Positions 35,725-36,630 of a stretch of DNA of 36,630 nt are shown piece by piece (the stretch's first letter is position 1; each line of letters opens with the position of its first letter). A program made the position numbers and the translations under genes. The notes below the pieces were generated by a model that did not search any database, was not told where the DNA came from, and saw nothing but the letters and a program-made list of their open reading frames with translations. This stretch comes from a virus. Lineage: Duplodnaviria > Caudoviricetes. Location: IMG/VR virus record IMGVR_UViG_3300010273_000005, positions 1 to 36,630 of that record; one strand, 5' to 3'.

Positions 35725-35892
35725 TTATTGAGTTCTGGCCGTTTCGGAATTGCCGTTCCGGGCGGCCTTTTTCTTTCTTCTGCTGCCCAGTCTTACGATC
35801 ATCTCAGCGATGATTCCCGCAAAGATGACGAGCGCGACGAAGGGCAGCACGATTCGACAAAATACGCCCCACATCATCTCGGGAATGGTCAT
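35725..35892 (-). CDS. Small membrane protein
   Basis: SD GAAGGAGG; MTIPEMMWGVF..., one TM helix and a basic tail. Confidence 0.6.
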   Translation of the reverse strand: MTIPEMMWGVFCRIVLPFVALVIFAGIIAEMIVRLGSRRKKKAARNGNSETARTQ

Positions 35893-35939
35893 CTTGCCCT
35901 CCTTCTTCTGCGCCTTCGGGACTGGCGTTCCAGCTGGTT

Positions 35940-36223
35940 TCCTTAAGCAATTTCCTCCACTATCTGAAGCAGACTGCTGGAGTCTTTTAACTGTCATGAG
36001 TAAAGAGCATCTCATTTCTGTTGAAACTGCCGACTACCCTGAAGACGACGACTACGGTATTTACTCAATCAAGGTTTTACCTCTTGGCCTGGCGTACTTT
36101 GAAATCAAAGCTGCCAAAAGGCGTGAGGTGTTAAAAAACTGGTCGATAAATCTTTCTGTCGCCGCTGCTTCCGCTATGTTTGGCGCTTTGCTGGCGAGGC
36201 TGAGCTTATTACTTTGGCCATAG
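35940..36223 (+). pseudogene. Counter-oriented membrane protein, apparently lacking its 5' end
   Basis: AT-rich segment IKVLPLGLAYFE...SINLSVAAASAMFGALL with a C-terminal TM; no SD or start at the GC transition. Confidence 0.45.
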
Positions 36224-36316
36224 CAGGGCGGTGACAAAGCCGACGAACGTCCAGATAAAGACCCACAACATCACGTCGAACGGGTTCTTGTTATTGAAAA
36301 AAGGCTTGCGTTTCAT
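36209..36316 (-). CDS. 35-aa membrane peptide (not in ORF track)
   Basis: MKRKPFFNNKNPFDVMLWVFIWTFVGFVTALLWPK*, preceded by GAAGGGA. Confidence 0.45.
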   Translation of the reverse strand: MKRKPFFNNKNPFDVMLWVFIWTFVGFVTALLWPK

Positions 36317-36528
36317 GCTTCGTCCCTTCTTTATGGACTAGCCAAACTTCGAATCGTAACCCATCCAGCGAAGAGGCCAGTTCGCCCGCCAGCGTTCTGG
36401 CTTCTGCTATCAGCTTCACAAGCTTCTCCGCCTTTTCCAAAGCTTCGTTCACGCCTGCGATCGACAAGGTGCGCAAGGTCATCCTTGGAGCGCATCGCTC
36501 CGTCAACAAGAATGGTTTGCACTTTCAT
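36291..36528 (-). CDS. Small early phage protein; start/frame uncertain
   Basis: Helical GVNEALEKAEKLVKLIAEARTLAGELAS frame; the best SD (AGGAGG) serves ATG 36528 in another frame. Confidence 0.45.
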
Positions 36529-36630
36529 GCGCGGCCTCCTGAACTTGCGCTGTGCTTTCTGGGTTGGGCGTAGTTCCAGACCAGAATATCGGTAATGATG
36601 CAGCTCAGCTCACGAAGGTAGGCAAGGGCG

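Larger units (their letters stand above)
1197..36630. mobile_element. Temperate siphophage (SPP1-like head, long non-contractile tail), Clostridia-like host
   Basis: Complete ordered late module, early recombination/replication module and serine integrase; extends past the right edge and possibly the left. Confidence 0.93.

Noticed and set aside
1-36630. CRISPR array, rRNA, tRNA or transposase gene
   Set aside because: No regularly spaced repeats, structural RNA genes or DDE transposase motifs found by eye.

Overview
The window is mostly a high-GC temperate siphophage of a Clostridia-like (Bacillota) host. A large serine integrase (+) converges on a minus-strand late operon (lysis, tail, head, SPP1-like portal, PBSX-type terminase, orphan methylase). 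The minus-strand early module (YqaJ, RecT, DnaD-type initiator, G39P-like protein, RusA, late activator) lies at the right end. Main observations: (1) an apparently intact attP inside the integrase 3' end, with a core matching the clostridial tmRNA 3' end, plus a second inverted att-like copy about 100 bp downstream; (2) a MuF minor head gene followed, one base out of frame, by a candidate toxin domain and a 52-aa candidate immunity gene absent from the ORF track; (3) a ~7.4 kb AT-rich insert between the late activator and its promoter, containing a nested ~6 kb serine-recombinase element with an SphI-like HNH restriction-modification pair; (4) several splice-like junctions and small frameshifts confined to accessory DNA, which could be natural decay or assembly artefact. 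All family calls come from motif recognition by eye; no database searches were run.
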